DNA from: a virus
Lineage: Duplodnaviria; Heunggongvirae; Uroviricota; Caudoviricetes
Virus record (IMG/VR): IMGVR_UViG_3300043418_000226
Direction: 5' to 3' (one strand)
DNA length: 64,000 bases
Each line of letters starts with the position of its first letter. Positions within the stretch are counted from its first letter, which is position 1. Below are positions 17,454-28,251 of the stretch, one piece after another. The position numbers and the translations under genes are program-made. The notes under the pieces are model-generated. The model had not been told where the DNA came from, searched no databases, and saw only the letters and a program-made list of their open reading frames with translations.

Positions 17454-20084
17454 ATGGCACAAATTATTAAACACAGAAGAGGGTCGATCGCCTCTTTAAA
17501 AGGTACGACGGCTAGAAATGGTGAATTAATCATTGCTTCTGGGTCTATAAGTAACTTAAACGGTCCTTTTGTATTCATCGGTTCACCCAACTCAACAGAC
17601 GAAGGTGTGGCAGGTGCGTTCAATTCAATCTCTAAAATTTATCAAGGAACCGCAGCACCTACTCTCCAAGTTGGAACCTATGGTTCAATGTTAGACGGTA
17701 CACCGTTTTATGCGACCGGTAACAAATCGTTATATGTGTTAAATAATGACGGAGCTGGTGGTAATAATAAAATGGACTTAACTGGTAACCTTGAAGGTAA
17801 AACTGTTAGTGGTATGACAATTAATACCTTAACAAGTACTAACGTTAACGCAACCACAATTTCAGGTTCTTTTGTTGGAGATGCTGCAGGTCTCTATAAC
17901 ATACCTGCCGGAAATGTTACTGGATTATCTTTAAGTCAAATAGGTAATGGTACTGCAACTGCTTCGATTAGTCAAACAAATGGATTTAGAGTTAATACTG
18001 ACACTATAATTACTGGTTCATTAACTGTTACAGGGGCAATTGTTTCTGCAACTACACCGTTAGTTTCAGGTTCAAGTCAAATTGTACTTTCATCAACAAC
18101 AGGTTATAGTACATATAGTTCATCAGTTGCAACTGCTATCACAGGTTTAAGTTCTTCAGTTACAACTACAGTTAATAGTTTAAGTGCATCAATTGCAACT
18201 ACGGATGCTGCTCAAAATGTCAGATTAGGTTCATTAGAAACTGCCACCGGTAGTTTAAGTGCATCAATTGCAACTACGGATGCTGCACAGAGTGTTAAAA
18301 TAGGTTTATTAGAAACTGCAACAGGTTCACTTAACTCATTTACAAGTTCTATTAACACTACAATCAAGTCTAAACTTAATACAGATGGTGTAGTTTCAGG
18401 AAGTTCTCAAATTGATATTACATCAACTACGGGGTATTCAACATTCAGTTCATCACTTGCATCCACAGACGCTGCACAGAGTGTTAAAATAGGTTTATTG
18501 GAAACCGCAACAGGTAGTTTAAATTCATTTACAAGTTCTATTAATACAACCATTAAAAGTAAATTAAACACAGATGGTGTAATTTCAGGTTCATCTCAAG
18601 TCGACGTGACCTCAACAACAGGTTATTCAACATTTAGTTCCTCAATTGCAACTACAGATGCTGCTCAAAATGTTAGATTAGGTTTGTTAGAAACCGCAAG
18701 TGGTAGTATTAGAAGTGATTTTAATACCTATACCGGTTCTAATGACACTACAAATACTACACAAAATAGTAGATTAGGTTCATTAGAAACCGCAACAGGT
18801 TCACTTAATTCATTTACAAGTTCTATTAACACTACAATCAAGTCTAAACTTAATACAGACGGAGTAATTTCAGGTTCATCTCAAGTTGATATAACCGGAA
18901 CAACAAATTATACAACGTTTAGTTCATCTATATCTTCAAGTATTGGAAGTTTAAGTTCGTCAGTTGCGGTTGTTAACTTGGCACAAACTAATAAAATAAC
19001 ATCATTAGAAACTGCAACAGGTTCACTTAACTCATTTACAAGTTCTATTAACACTACAATCAAGTCTAAACTTGACACTGAAACAGTTGTTTCAGGTTCA
19101 GTACAAGTTATTTTAACAGGTACAACAGGTTATGGCACATATAGTTCATCAGTTGCAACTGCAATTACAGGTTTAAGTTCTTCAGTATCAGCAAGTATCA
19201 ATACTTTAAGTGGTTCGGTGGCAACTGCTTTAAATGGTTTAAGTACAACGACAACCAATTTAAGTTCTTCAATCACCACTACTGTTAATAGTTTAAGTTC
19301 TTCTGTATCTTCAAGTATTGGAAGTTTAAGTTCATCAATTGCAACAACTGACTTAGCACAGAATGGTAGATTAACATCAATTGAAAGTAAAACAGGTAGT
19401 TACGCCACAACAGGGTCAAATGTATTTGTTGGTGACCAAACTTTTACGGGTAGTTTATCAATTAGTCAAAACGTCACAATTGCGGGTAGTTTGGAAATTT
19501 TAGGTGAGGCATCGTATGTACACATATCAGCATCTGTCGTTGAACTTGACGATAATATCATCAGATTAAACGCATATTCACCATTCCAAAGATATGCTGG
19601 ATTTGAAGTTATTGACTCAGGTTCATCTGCAACATCTGCATCTTTAGTTTGGGATTCATTAAACGATTATTGGATGTCAGTTGGTTCTAACGGACAATCA
19701 AGTAAAATGATTGGAATCACGGCGGGAACATATGGTACAGAAGCAAGTTTAACCACTAATAAAATATCAAAAGGAACTGGAGCAAATACAGTTGGGGACA
19801 GTTTATTAAGTGACGATGGTACAACGTTAACATATAACACTAATAAATTCACTGTAGCATCTTCTAACGGAGCAACTTTAATCGCAGGTAACGTTACCGT
19901 TAGTTCGGCGGGTGGAACTGATGGTGGTACAAAAACATCAGCAGTTACATTTAGAAACTCATCTAACGTTTTAGGTTACGTTTCAACAACTGAAACAACA
20001 GATGTACTTGATAGTGTATTAGGATATAAATCATCAGGCGGTGGTTTAGTATTCTCAAGTGTTATTGATGGTGGAAGTTTCTAA
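17454..20084 (+). CDS. Ser/Thr-rich repetitive fibre protein
   Basis: MAQIIKHRRG N-terminus, LETATGSLNSFTSSINTTIKSKL repeats, terminal IDGGSF. Confidence 0.8.
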   Translation: MAQIIKHRRGSIASLKGTTARNGELIIASGSISNLNGPFVFIGSPNSTDEGVAGAFNSISKIYQGTAAPTLQVGTYGSMLDGTPFYATGNKSLYVLNNDGAGGNNKMDLTGNLEGKTVSGMTINTLTSTNVNATTISGSFVGDAAGLYNIPAGNVTGLSLSQIGNGTATASISQTNGFRVNTDTIITGSLTVTGAIVSATTPLVSGSSQIVLSSTTGYSTYSSSVATAITGLSSSVTTTVNSLSASIATTDAAQNVRLGSLETATGSLSASIATTDAAQSVKIGLLETATGSLNSFTSSINTTIKSKLNTDGVVSGSSQIDITSTTGYSTFSSSLASTDAAQSVKIGLLETATGSLNSFTSSINTTIKSKLNTDGVISGSSQVDVTSTTGYSTFSSSIATTDAAQNVRLGLLETASGSIRSDFNTYTGSNDTTNTTQNSRLGSLETATGSLNSFTSSINTTIKSKLNTDGVISGSSQVDITGTTNYTTFSSSISSSIGSLSSSVAVVNLAQTNKITSLETATGSLNSFTSSINTTIKSKLDTETVVSGSVQVILTGTTGYGTYSSSVATAITGLSSSVSASINTLSGSVATALNGLSTTTTNLSSSITTTVNSLSSSVSSSIGSLSSSIATTDLAQNGRLTSIESKTGSYATTGSNVFVGDQTFTGSLSISQNVTIAGSLEILGEASYVHISASVVELDDNIIRLNAYSPFQRYAGFEVIDSGSSATSASLVWDSLNDYWMSVGSNGQSSKMIGITAGTYGTEASLTTNKISKGTGANTVGDSLLSDDGTTLTYNTNKFTVASSNGATLIAGNVTVSSAGGTDGGTKTSAVTFRNSSNVLGYVSTTETTDVLDSVLGYKSSGGGLVFSSVIDGGSF
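18063..19370 (+). repeat. intragenic repeats of fibre modules
   Basis: A 69-nt block is identical at 18309-18377 and 19005-19073, has 2 mismatches at 18783-18851, and has a diverged copy near 18498. Confidence 0.85.
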
Positions 20085-20108
20085 AATTGAAAAATAACAT
20101 ATAATTTT

Positions 20109-20136
20109 AAAAGGAGGGTTTAACCCTCCTTTTTTA
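20109..20136 (+). terminator. intrinsic terminator
   Basis: AAAAGGAGGGTT-T-AACCCTCCTTTTTT. Confidence 0.85.
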
Positions 20137-20219
20137 TTTAATTTTTATGTATTTATATGTAGACCTAAATAGGTTATTAACCGTGATATATATCACAAGA
20201 CATTGAGAGAACCATACAT

Positions 20220-23200
20220 ATGGCACAGATAGTAAAACTACGTAGAAGTACGGTGCAGGGTCAAAAACCTGTAAATTCTAATATACAATTAGGTGAATTA
20301 GCAATAAACACCACAGACGGTAAAGTTTTCTTTGCAAAATCAGGGTCTCTCGGACCATCTGTTGAAGAATTAATCTCAACAAATACAATTAACACCGGAT
20401 CAATATCAATTACCGGTATTATTAGTGCAAGTGCCGTGCAGGGGGATGGGTCAAATATAATTAATCTTCCATTATCTGCGGTAACTAATTTAACTACAAT
20501 TTCAGGTTCAATTAATACAAGGTTAGGTTTATTAGAAATATCGAGCGGAAGTATTAGAACCGATTTTAATACATTTACGTCAAGTAATAACACAACAAAT
20601 ACCACCCAAAACAGTAGACTAACTTCTATCGAATCTGTAACAGGTAGTTTTGCCATTACTAATGGTAGTAATACATTCCAAGGAAACCAAACTGCAACGG
20701 GAAATTTAATTGCTAATGTTAATTTAATATCGGCAAATAGTTCAGGTGACGAAGGTGGTGAAATTTTATTATATAAACCACAAACTAACTCAACAATTGC
20801 GGGTACGGGAGTAACCATAGACATATATCAAAATAAATTAAGATTTTTTGAACAAGGAGGTAACGCAAGAGGTGCATATATTGATATAACAACGTTATCT
20901 AACAGTGTTGGAACGAATTTATTAGGTGGTGGAGTGGCATCTTCTGTCGATTATTCTAACATAACAAATAAACCAACATTAATATCCGGTTCATCACAAA
21001 TCACATTTAGTGGTTTAAGTGGAATACCTTCAGGTATTGTTTCAGGTTCGAGTCAAGTACTAAACGGTACGACAATTCATTCGGGTTCATTCTTTAACGG
21101 AATTTCAGTTGTTTCAGGTTCAGGTCAAATTGATATTACGTCAACAACAAACTATTCAACATTTAGTTCATCTATTGCAACCACGGACTTAAATCAAAGT
21201 AACAAGATTTCATCATTAGAAACTGCAAGTGGAAGTATCAGAACTGATTTTAACTCATTTACTTCGTCTAACAATACGATTGAATCCACTCAAAATGGTA
21301 GATTAACATCTATTGAAGGAGTTACGGGGTCAATTGGATTATTAAACACATATACGGGAAGCGCCAACGGTAGGTTAACGTCAATTGAAACTGCAACAAG
21401 TAGTTTAAATACATTTACCTCATCTATTAACACCACGATTAAATCTAAACTTAACACAGATGGTGTTATTTCAGGTTCGAGTCAAGTTTTAAATGGTTCA
21501 GGTGTATGGAGTGGGTCAGCTCAATTACCTACTGGGGTTATCTCAGGTAGTTCTCAACTACCAACAGGTACAGTATCGGGTAGTTCACAAGTCGACATAA
21601 CCGCTACTACAAACTATTCAACATTCAGTTCATCACTTGCATCCGTGGATGCCGCACAGAGTGTTAAAATTTCATCATTAGAAACGGCAAGTGGAAGTAT
21701 TAGAACGGATTTTAATACTTACACCTCTTCAGTAAATACTTCATTATCCTCAATGAATGGTGCAATTGAATTCACTGGCTCAGCGTTAACAGTTAAAGGT
21801 AATCTATTAGTTAAAGGTACAACAACCTCAATTAATTCCACAACAATGGACATTGGTGACAATATCATTCAATTAAACGGAACGGGAGCAACGAATGCAG
21901 GTATAGTAGTTAGAGATTCAACTTCACCTAACTTTGTTTCAGGATCATTGTTGTGGGATACAACAAATGACCAATGGATTGCAGGTCCCCTTGGTACAGA
22001 ACAAAAAATAGTTTTAATTGGGGATTTAAGTTCATTAAACACTTATACCGGAAGTGCTAACGGTAGATTAACAAATTTAGAAACAGCCACAAGTAGTTTA
22101 AATACGTTCACAAGTTCAATAAACACCACCATCAAAACTAAAATGAATACCGATGGAGTAATATCTGGTAGTTCACAAGTATTGAGTGGTACGGGAATTT
22201 GGTCAGGATCGGCTCAACTTCCAAGTGGAACGGTTTCGGGTTCGGGACAAATTGCCTTCGGAGGAATCACTGGTGTTCCGGTTGGTTTAGTGTCAGGTAG
22301 TTCACAAGTATTATCAGGGACCGGAATATGGAGTGGATCGGCACAATTACCTTCAGGGATTGTATCGGGTTCATCACAAGTGACATACGGCTCATTAACG
22401 GCAATTCCTTCGGGAATAGTTAGTGGGTCTTCACAAATTGCATTCGGTTCGATAACAGGTGTACCATCGGGAATAGTTAGTGGTTCATCACAAATTACTT
22501 TAGCAAGTACAACAGGTTTTGGAACGTATATTAACCAGGCGGTTTTAACGTCATCGGCTCCTTCATTTGCAGGTGCCACATTTACCGCAGCGGGAAGTGC
22601 AACTTCGGGTACCATAAATTTACAATCAACTGATTCGTTTATTAGACTATATACCACAGGTGGTACTGCAGATAAACAAAAATGGGACATTAGATCAATC
22701 AGTGCCGCGTCAAGTGAATCTTTTGAAATTAGAACAATAAATGACGCAAATACCGTATTCAGTACTAAGTTCGTTATTAACAATAGTGGAACAATTAAGT
22801 TACCTTATTATTCAACGGATGGGTTTGTTAAATTCAGTTCAAGTAATGGAACCTTAGTTGTTGACACAACCACATATCTTAGTAGTATAACAAGTACTAA
22901 CGTCACAACGGCGTTAGGGTTTACACCATACAACGCAACTAACCCGTCGGGTTATATAACATCTGCAGGTACTGCAGCTAACGTTAGTGGAACAGTTGCA
23001 GTTGCCAATGGAGGAACGGGTGGTACAACAGCGGCAAGTGCTAGAACGAACTTAGGTTTGGTAATTGGTACTGATGTTTTGGCATATAGAACATTTGGAA
23101 CTGCAGCCTCAAATAATACGGGTGATTTTGCATTGTACAATGCAACACATTATGTTGGGACGACGGCAATTGCCGCAAACAGAACTTCAGCTTCACAAAC

Positions 23201-23885
23201 GTTAACAGGAGTATCGATTGACGGTAATGCGGCAACGTCAACACAAGTAACACAAACATTAACAGGGACGAACTCGGCGAATTTACTATATGCCGCAATT
23301 GCGGATAATGACTTTGCAAGAATCCGTGTCGGCGGGGATGCGACAAATGCTGGTTGGTTGGAGTTAGCAACTGCGGATGATGGTACAGAACCAATTTATG
23401 TTAGACAATATACTGGAACATTTGTAACCGCAACAAGAACCGCAACATTATTAGACGGTAGTGGTAACACATCATTTCCGGGAACGGTAAGTGGAGCTAG
23501 ATTATCTTCTTCGGATGGAACCAATGCAATATCAATCGGACAATGGGATGGAACGTACAATAGAATTGAAAGTTCCAATAGACCTCTTTTCCTAACATCA
23601 TATACCACCGCAATTCATTTTGGTATGAGTGGTGGAATAAATTACACAATGAATAGTTCCGGTTTGATACCATCGGCAAATAACACCTATAACTTAGGTT
23701 CCGCAACGTATGGTTGGGCAAACGTTTATACGAATGACTTACATTTAAGTAACATGAATAAACCTGAAGGAAACGATATCGACGGAACAAGTGGTACATG
23801 GACAATTCAGGAGGGAGCTGAGAATCTATATATCATAAACAATAGAAACGGTAAGAAGTTTAAAATTAATTTAGAAGAAATTTAA
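20220..23885 (+). CDS. long tail-fibre-like protein
   Basis: N-terminal KLRRS..LGELAINTTDGKVF (Mtd_N/hyaluronidase-like), SGSSQ repeats, C-terminal WANVYTNDLHLSN..WTIQEG fibre-tip domain. Confidence 0.8.
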   Translation: MAQIVKLRRSTVQGQKPVNSNIQLGELAINTTDGKVFFAKSGSLGPSVEELISTNTINTGSISITGIISASAVQGDGSNIINLPLSAVTNLTTISGSINTRLGLLEISSGSIRTDFNTFTSSNNTTNTTQNSRLTSIESVTGSFAITNGSNTFQGNQTATGNLIANVNLISANSSGDEGGEILLYKPQTNSTIAGTGVTIDIYQNKLRFFEQGGNARGAYIDITTLSNSVGTNLLGGGVASSVDYSNITNKPTLISGSSQITFSGLSGIPSGIVSGSSQVLNGTTIHSGSFFNGISVVSGSGQIDITSTTNYSTFSSSIATTDLNQSNKISSLETASGSIRTDFNSFTSSNNTIESTQNGRLTSIEGVTGSIGLLNTYTGSANGRLTSIETATSSLNTFTSSINTTIKSKLNTDGVISGSSQVLNGSGVWSGSAQLPTGVISGSSQLPTGTVSGSSQVDITATTNYSTFSSSLASVDAAQSVKISSLETASGSIRTDFNTYTSSVNTSLSSMNGAIEFTGSALTVKGNLLVKGTTTSINSTTMDIGDNIIQLNGTGATNAGIVVRDSTSPNFVSGSLLWDTTNDQWIAGPLGTEQKIVLIGDLSSLNTYTGSANGRLTNLETATSSLNTFTSSINTTIKTKMNTDGVISGSSQVLSGTGIWSGSAQLPSGTVSGSGQIAFGGITGVPVGLVSGSSQVLSGTGIWSGSAQLPSGIVSGSSQVTYGSLTAIPSGIVSGSSQIAFGSITGVPSGIVSGSSQITLASTTGFGTYINQAVLTSSAPSFAGATFTAAGSATSGTINLQSTDSFIRLYTTGGTADKQKWDIRSISAASSESFEIRTINDANTVFSTKFVINNSGTIKLPYYSTDGFVKFSSSNGTLVVDTTTYLSSITSTNVTTALGFTPYNATNPSGYITSAGTAANVSGTVAVANGGTGGTTAASARTNLGLVIGTDVLAYRTFGTAASNNTGDFALYNATHYVGTTAIAANRTSASQTLTGVSIDGNAATSTQVTQTLTGTNSANLLYAAIADNDFARIRVGGDATNAGWLELATADDGTEPIYVRQYTGTFVTATRTATLLDGSGNTSFPGTVSGARLSSSDGTNAISIGQWDGTYNRIESSNRPLFLTSYTTAIHFGMSGGINYTMNSSGLIPSANNTYNLGSATYGWANVYTNDLHLSNMNKPEGNDIDGTSGTWTIQEGAENLYIINNRNGKKFKINLEEI

Positions 23886-23922
23886 TATAGATTTTTACAA
23901 TAAAAAACATTATAATAAAAAT

Positions 23923-24654
23923 ATGCCATTATACATTAAAAATAATCAAGTTATTAGTTCGAATGATATCACCAGTGGTGGAACTTCTATAGGAAAAGTT
24001 AATCGCGATGGGTTAATTTTACATTTAGATGCGGGTCATTCGGATTCATATTCTGGTAGTGGTAGTACTTGGTATGATTTAAGTGGTACGGGTAATAATG
24101 TTACCATAACGGGCCCTACATGGACAACTATCGGCGGAGTAACATCGTTTAATTTTAACGGTAATGGACAATACGTTAGTAAAACGGGACTTTCATTGTT
24201 CCCAACGACTCAATTAACATATGAAGTTTGGTTATACCCTGCCGCTAGTGACACACAGGCCGATGATAGAGGATGTGTAATTCAGACTGGTGGTGGAAAT
24301 GCGGCATATATGAGTTTTAATAAAACGAATAGGTATATGTCAAATTATTGGTATAATCACTTACCCGAAGGTTATCACGAATCTAATGGGCCGTCTGCTA
24401 GAAGTGCGTGGCACCATTGGTGTGCGGTTTGGGATAATAAAAGTGTACATCAATGGGTTGACGGAACATATAATGTTGTGAAAAACGTATACGGAACATC
24501 AACTGCCAATACGAATTTATGGATTGGGAATGAAGGCGGGGGTTCTAGACAATTTTCGGGAGCCATCGCGGTTGTAAGAATTTATAATAGAGGATTAAAC
24601 GGTTATGAGGTTTACGAAAACTTTCGAGCTCAAAGAGGACGTTTTGGAATATAA
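23923..24654 (+). CDS. LamG/concanavalin A-like virion protein
   Basis: GLILHLDAG, WYDLSG, WHHWCAVWD, VRIYNRGL, terminal RFGI. Confidence 0.8.
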   Translation: MPLYIKNNQVISSNDITSGGTSIGKVNRDGLILHLDAGHSDSYSGSGSTWYDLSGTGNNVTITGPTWTTIGGVTSFNFNGNGQYVSKTGLSLFPTTQLTYEVWLYPAASDTQADDRGCVIQTGGGNAAYMSFNKTNRYMSNYWYNHLPEGYHESNGPSARSAWHHWCAVWDNKSVHQWVDGTYNVVKNVYGTSTANTNLWIGNEGGGSRQFSGAIAVVRIYNRGLNGYEVYENFRAQRGRFGI

Positions 24655-24662
24655 ATAAAATT

Positions 24663-25466
24663 ATGGGAATAAAAATAGGTAGTAATACATTATCGGGAAT
24701 TAACTTTAATACGTTAGGTGAAAACATTGTACCAAATGTCGTCACTGACGGTTTAGTGTTATGGTTAGATGCTGGTAACGGAGCTTCATTCGGTAATGCA
24801 GACACATACTATGATTGTGGATACGGATGTCAATATTACTCAACAAATCCCGGTTGTACAAATTGTAATACCCAATGGAAAGACATGTCCGGATATGGGA
24901 ACGATGCAACATTATACAATGGAGCATACGTTAGTTACGACACAAATAGTGGTGGAGGTTCAGTATATTTCGATGGGGTCAACGACAACGCTAGACAATC
25001 GAATACCACATTTAATAGGGTAAATGGTGATGAAATGACGGTTTCTGTTTGGATGAGACCAGGTAGAAATGGGGGGCAATATCAAGATATCATTGTTAAT
25101 CGTTCGGATAGTTTGTATAATTGGATGTTATACCAACACACAACGGATGGGTCAATACAATTACATGGTTCAGCACAAAATAAATCATCATATATTCCAA
25201 CATTAAATGTTTGGATAAACGTATCGGCAACGGTAACATCTGGAGGTGTTTACACTTTATATGTTAACGGAGTTGTTCAACAAACAGTGAGTGGCTATAC
25301 ATATGCAGGAATGTCCCCAAGTTTATTATGTATCGGTTGTTTTGGAACGACAATTTATGAACCATATTTAGGTTACGTCTCTTCCGCAATGATTTATAAT
25401 AGATCCTTAAGTGCAAATGAAATTTTACAAAATTTTAATAACGGAAGAATTAGATTTGGAATATAA
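24663..25466 (+). CDS. LamG/concanavalin A-like virion protein with Cys/Tyr-rich loop
   Basis: GLVLWLDAG, WKDMSG, LYVNG, MIYNRSLS, terminal RFGI. Confidence 0.8.
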   Translation: MGIKIGSNTLSGINFNTLGENIVPNVVTDGLVLWLDAGNGASFGNADTYYDCGYGCQYYSTNPGCTNCNTQWKDMSGYGNDATLYNGAYVSYDTNSGGGSVYFDGVNDNARQSNTTFNRVNGDEMTVSVWMRPGRNGGQYQDIIVNRSDSLYNWMLYQHTTDGSIQLHGSAQNKSSYIPTLNVWINVSATVTSGGVYTLYVNGVVQQTVSGYTYAGMSPSLLCIGCFGTTIYEPYLGYVSSAMIYNRSLSANEILQNFNNGRIRFGI

Positions 25467-25469
25467 TAT

Positions 25470-27113
25470 ATGTCAGTAATTTTTAAAAAAACAAATATGT
25501 TACCCGTCGAACAATGGACAATTGGTTCAGACGGTGTTGGTGATTTTAATGCAAATGGTAGTGCGGGTGAAAATGCGAGAATATTAGGTACCGACCCATT
25601 TGGTAATAGTGCTATCGTTTGGCAATCACAACCAAATGGAAACGGTAATGACGACGGTGGTTGGAATTGTAATTCGTTTACTATAGATGAAAAAAAATTA
25701 TATCGTTTTTCCGTATGGGTTAAAAGAGTATCATCAACGACTAATGGTACTTCTTATTTTGGGTTAAATGCAAGTGCAAATCCCGTGGGGATATCGGGAG
25801 GTTCACAAATGGGTAACCCATATTGGGATTGTCGAAATATTGGTTCATTTACACAAGACGTATGGTATCTGTTGGTGGGTCACGTATTTCCATCTGATTA
25901 TACCGGCGGACTTACAGTACATCCAGACACCGCAATATATACAACATCGGGGTATAACACGGGTATTGGTTTTTGTAATATTGGTAGTGATTTAAAATGG
26001 TATCCTGGAACCACTTACGCAAATCACCGAGCATATCATTATTATTGTAATGATAATACTTCTAGAATACAATGGTATGAACCAAGAATGGACCTATGTG
26101 ACGGTTCAGAACCAAAAATAAGTGACTTACTTGCAAATAGTAGAAACATATTAAGTTCAAGTTCAGTAACCGTTGAAGGTGCCTCAATTAAAAATCAAAA
26201 AATTATTGCAAGTGGGGGTATCATTACAGATTTTGGTGAATGGAGAGTACATAGATTTAATAGTAGTGGTACATTTACTTTAACGTCTTCAGTTGGAACA
26301 TCGTTACCTGTCGATTACCTAATCGTTGCCGGTGGCGGTGGTGGTGGAATGGACATGGGCGGCGGAGGTGGCGGCGGAGGAGTTTTAAATGGTAAAACTA
26401 TTTTAACACCGGCATCGTACACAATCACCGTAGGTGGTGGAGGTACAGGTGCACCTGCAGCAGGAACGAACGGACAAAATACCAATCACCAATATAATAT
26501 ATCGGCAACTCAAGGAGGTAACTCATCTTTTAATGGACTAACAGCCGTTGGTGGTGGGTACGGTGCAAGTTCATATTATGGTTACACTCCAAACTATGGA
26601 TACCCTGGTAGTGGTGGTAGTGGTGGAGGACCTAGCGGATATAGTGATGGTAGTACCCGAAGTGGAGGTACAGGAACTTCAGGTCAAGGAAATAATGGCG
26701 GAGGTGGTGGTGGTCAATACTACTCAGGTGGTGGCGGTGGAGCCGGTTCCGTTGGTACAAGTTCAACAAATAGACCTGATGGAGGTTCGGGAAAATTAGT
26801 ACCAATATTAGGACGACCATTCTATTGGGGCGGTGGTGGAGGTGGAGCATCGTATTCATTAGGTACTGGCGGTTATGGTGGTACCGGTGGCGGTGGTGGC
26901 GGTGCTGTCGGTGTAACAACAGGTGGACAAAATGGAGTTGCTTGGGGAGGTAACGGCGGTGGTGGATCACCAAACTCACAAACTAACACGCCAGGTGGAG
27001 ATGGAGGAACGAACACCGGTGGAGGAGGTGGTGGAGGTTCTCACTATAATGCAAATAATAAAGGAGGTAACGGTGGAAGTGGTATCGTTATCATTAGATA
27101 TAAAATAAAATAA
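25470..27113 (+). CDS. adhesin-like protein with C-terminal glycine-rich domain
   Basis: VHRFNSSGTF, YLIVAGGGGGG, many poly-Gly runs, GGSGIVIIRY end. Confidence 0.8.
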   Translation: MSVIFKKTNMLPVEQWTIGSDGVGDFNANGSAGENARILGTDPFGNSAIVWQSQPNGNGNDDGGWNCNSFTIDEKKLYRFSVWVKRVSSTTNGTSYFGLNASANPVGISGGSQMGNPYWDCRNIGSFTQDVWYLLVGHVFPSDYTGGLTVHPDTAIYTTSGYNTGIGFCNIGSDLKWYPGTTYANHRAYHYYCNDNTSRIQWYEPRMDLCDGSEPKISDLLANSRNILSSSSVTVEGASIKNQKIIASGGIITDFGEWRVHRFNSSGTFTLTSSVGTSLPVDYLIVAGGGGGGMDMGGGGGGGGVLNGKTILTPASYTITVGGGGTGAPAAGTNGQNTNHQYNISATQGGNSSFNGLTAVGGGYGASSYYGYTPNYGYPGSGGSGGGPSGYSDGSTRSGGTGTSGQGNNGGGGGGQYYSGGGGGAGSVGTSSTNRPDGGSGKLVPILGRPFYWGGGGGGASYSLGTGGYGGTGGGGGGAVGVTTGGQNGVAWGGNGGGGSPNSQTNTPGGDGGTNTGGGGGGGSHYNANNKGGNGGSGIVIIRYKIK

Positions 27114-27116
27114 AAC

Positions 27117-27482
27117 ATGGCACATTTTGCACAGATAGACGATAATAACATTGTGACACAAGTATTAGTGGTACCCGATGAACAACAATATAGAGGTCAG
27201 GATTATTTATCAAACGATTTAATGTTAGGTGGAAGATGGGTTCAAACTTCCTATAATGGTAACATGAGAGGAATGTTTGCGGGAATTGGTTATAGTTACA
27301 ATCAAGATTTAAATACTTTCATATCCCCAAAACCATTCCCATCTTGGATATTAAATAATAATTTAGGTATATGGGAATCGCCAATTGAAAAACCAAACGA
27401 CGAAGAAGGAAAAGTATGGATATGGGATGAAGAAAATCAACAATGGAATCAAGAAGATTTACCAACACCAATCATTTCGTAA
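27117..27482 (+). CDS. partner of the glycine-rich protein (possible fibre assembly factor)
   Basis: MAHFAQID, WVQTSYN, FAGIGY, PKPFPSW, WDEENQQW. Confidence 0.65.
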   Translation: MAHFAQIDDNNIVTQVLVVPDEQQYRGQDYLSNDLMLGGRWVQTSYNGNMRGMFAGIGYSYNQDLNTFISPKPFPSWILNNNLGIWESPIEKPNDEEGKVWIWDEENQQWNQEDLPTPIIS

Positions 27483-27510
27483 TTCAATTTTTTTTTCGTA
27501 TCATTGTACA

Positions 27511-28251
27511 ATGAATAACATTGGATTTGGTATATTTTGTTTTGGTGAAAACTATTATTATCGGGGTACTTTTGAAAAAATTGATAAGATTTTGGAAGAA
27601 GGTTACCCCGTTTATATATTAACAGAATCATCCGAAATATTCGAAGAGAAATATACCAACAAACAAATACAGTTAATACCGTATACTCGAGAAATTAAGT
27701 CTTACCACGATAAAATGATTCTCCCAAAACACATCCTTAAAAATCACGATATTAGTATTTTAATAGATGCCGACACACATATTACCGATTACACATTTTT
27801 AGAACAATTAAAAGAATATCCTTTTAAAAAGGGGATTACCTATGTCGATACTTTATTAAACCATTCCGCGAAACGTGAATTTATTAGGGAATTAATTAAT
27901 AACAACCAAGAATGGAAATTATATAACGAATCGGCCGAAAAAATATGTCCTTCTTATTCTAATTTTGAAACGATATGGGAATATTTCTTAGTTGTTAATA
28001 AGGAAGGTTTCGATAGTTTAAATTTTTATAAAATATACGAGAAATTACAACTTATAAAGGAGTACTCTGATTTAGAATACAATAAAAATGTTATTGGCGC
28101 CGGTGAAGGAATTACTATTCAGATTAGTTCCAATTTATCTAACACAACAATACAAAAAGACTTAAATTTATATGAAATAATTAAAGATAAGATGTTAAGT
28201 GTCAGTAGAAGACACACACCACATCATCTTTGGCCAAATTGGATGAAATAA
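27511..28251 (+). CDS. GT-A-fold glycosyltransferase-like protein (start moved from 27385)
   Basis: YHDK and LIDADT (DxD); the ATG at 27511 avoids a long overlap with the upstream gene. Confidence 0.6.
   Translation: MNNIGFGIFCFGENYYYRGTFEKIDKILEEGYPVYILTESSEIFEEKYTNKQIQLIPYTREIKSYHDKMILPKHILKNHDISILIDADTHITDYTFLEQLKEYPFKKGITYVDTLLNHSAKREFIRELINNNQEWKLYNESAEKICPSYSNFETIWEYFLVVNKEGFDSLNFYKIYEKLQLIKEYSDLEYNKNVIGAGEGITIQISSNLSNTTIQKDLNLYEIIKDKMLSVSRRHTPHHLWPNWMK

Noticed and set aside
18063-22520. Repeats as a CRISPR array or DGR template/variable pair
   Set aside because: The repeats are in-frame protein modules with mostly synonymous differences. There are no unique spacers, no adenine-specific mismatch pattern and no reverse transcriptase or cas gene in the window.
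20261-23805. Long antisense ORFs (e.g. 20261..20824, 22214..22783) and other shadow ORFs in the track
   Set aside because: They lie opposite or inside well-supported genes and are explained by codon bias in Ser/Thr/Gly-rich sequence.
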